DNA of 32,000 nucleotides, from the sequence record JAQMWT010000697.1, one strand, 5' to 3'. The notes below the pieces were generated by a model that was not told the origin of the DNA, did no database searches, and was given only the letters and a program-made list of their open reading frames with translations. The position numbers were made by a program, and so were the translations under genes. How positions within the stretch are numbered: position 1 is the stretch's first letter; each line of letters opens with the position of its first letter. Of this stretch, positions 31,059 through 32,000 are shown one piece after another.

Positions 31059-31526
31059 ATGTTTATTGACTACATAAGAACAATCAGTTCAACTATAGGT
31101 GCAGGGGGATTATTCGATTTCAATGCAACTCTGCCGTTTTTGGCCATTCAATTTTTACTTTTAACTTTTGTATTAAATACTATTCTATATAATCCTCTAT
31201 TGTCAATTATAAATGACCGGAATGAATATATAGTATCAAATTTAACACAATCGGCAAAATTGATTGCAGAAACGAATGAAATAAAACAAACATATGAAAG
31301 TGAAATCCTTGAAGCACGAAAAACCGCACAATCTGAAATCGCAAATTGCCAGAAAAAGTACAAGGAAATTTTCGATATTGAATTAAAAAGTATACAAAAA
31401 GAGTTTGATAGTGTTTTAGAAAAACTAATTTTTCGTTTAGAACAGGAAAAAGTACATGCGTTAACTACACTAGAATCCGAAATTGAATCAATTGGTGAAC
31501 AAATTTTAGAAAAGATAATTGTTTAG
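31059..31526 (+). CDS. atpG: ATP synthase CF0 subunit b' (155 aa)
   Basis: N-terminal TM segment (GGLFDFNATLPFLAIQFLLLTFVLN) followed by a long charged helix. Its position between atpH and atpF is typical of red-lineage plastids. Confidence 0.9.
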   Translation: MFIDYIRTISSTIGAGGLFDFNATLPFLAIQFLLLTFVLNTILYNPLLSIINDRNEYIVSNLTQSAKLIAETNEIKQTYESEILEARKTAQSEIANCQKKYKEIFDIELKSIQKEFDSVLEKLIFRLEQEKVHALTTLESEIESIGEQILEKIIV

Positions 31527-31564
31527 TTTAGCAATTGCTAAAAGTTAGAGAAATATGAGGTAAT

Positions 31565-32000
31565 ATGGAAAATTATTTATTGTTAAGTGTTGGCCTAAAT
31601 ACTGATATTTTGGAAACCAATATTATCAATATTGCAATTTTAGTATTAGTATTATTTAATGTTGTTGGTGGAGCATTAAAGGGTGCTATGTTAGAGCGCA
31701 AGGAAAAAATCTTAAGTGGCGTTCAGGATGCGGAGCGACGCTTAAAAGAAGCGTCTGAGCGATTAGCCGAGGCCAAAGCCCAATTAATTCAATCTAAGTT
31801 AATTATTAATAAAATTAAGGCAGATAAAGAATCAGCACGACGAAATATCGCTATTAGCAATAAAGAGCGGGCATTAGAAGAATTAGTAAGACAAGCAAGC
31901 TCAACAAAACTTACTATTAATTATAAAGAGCAACAAATTCTTCGTGAAGTAAAAGAACAAATATCAACGTTAGCGTTAAATCGTGTTATATCTTCATTAC
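31565..32000 (+). CDS. atpF: ATP synthase CF0 subunit b, 5' part (runs off the right edge)
   Basis: Hand translation from the ATG at 31565: MENYLLLSVGLNTDILETNIINIAILVLVLFNVVGGALKGAMLERKEKILSGVQDAERRLKEA... GAGG lies 4 nt upstream. Still open at position 32000. Confidence 0.88.
   Translation, partial: MENYLLLSVGLNTDILETNIINIAILVLVLFNVVGGALKGAMLERKEKILSGVQDAERRLKEASERLAEAKAQLIQSKLIINKIKADKESARRNIAISNKERALEELVRQASSTKLTINYKEQQILREVKEQISTLALNRVISSL

Overview
This window is a strongly AT-rich, compact piece of a plastid genome of the red lineage (a red alga or a red-derived secondary plastid; I cannot name the organism). The lineage call rests on Form ID rbcL-rbcS followed by cbbX, and on plastid-encoded ilvH, chlI, clpC, petM, petN, psaM, psb30, ycf35/37/39/45 and a Tic20-like ORF. 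I support 31 protein genes and 15 tRNA genes.

- **Protein genes:** these include the conserved clusters psbE-F-L, psaA-psaB, rbcL-rbcS-cbbX-ycf39, rpl35-rpl20 and atpI-H-G-F. Nine short genes were either missing from the ORF track or listed there with the wrong start. I found them by hand translation: psbL, psbF, psb30, petG, psbK, psaM, psbI, petN and petM.
- **Other elements:** there is a set of perfect 3' stem-loops and a few Shine-Dalgarno or sigma70-like elements.
- **Not found:** rRNA, CRISPR arrays, mobile elements, introns, and ssrA/rnpB/ffs-like RNAs.
- **Novel system:** I see no evidence for a novel multi-gene system. This is an ordinary plastome region with some single-locus curiosities.
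- **Main curiosity:** the most unusual item is an 84-nt tRNA at 8624-8707 with a canonical CAU anticodon on a class II body (15-nt variable arm). That combination fits none of the standard Met, fMet or Ile-lysidine architectures.
- **Lesser curiosities:**
  - a 353-codon psbA with only a 9-residue C-terminal extension
  - a Tic20/ycf60-like ORF with a roughly 160-aa extra N-terminal membrane domain
  - a divergent, over-long thiS-like ORF
  - GTG start codons on rbcS and psbL
  - PsaA substitutions at normally conserved sites, one of them inside a tract nearly identical to psaB

All consensus comparisons are from memory and need database confirmation.
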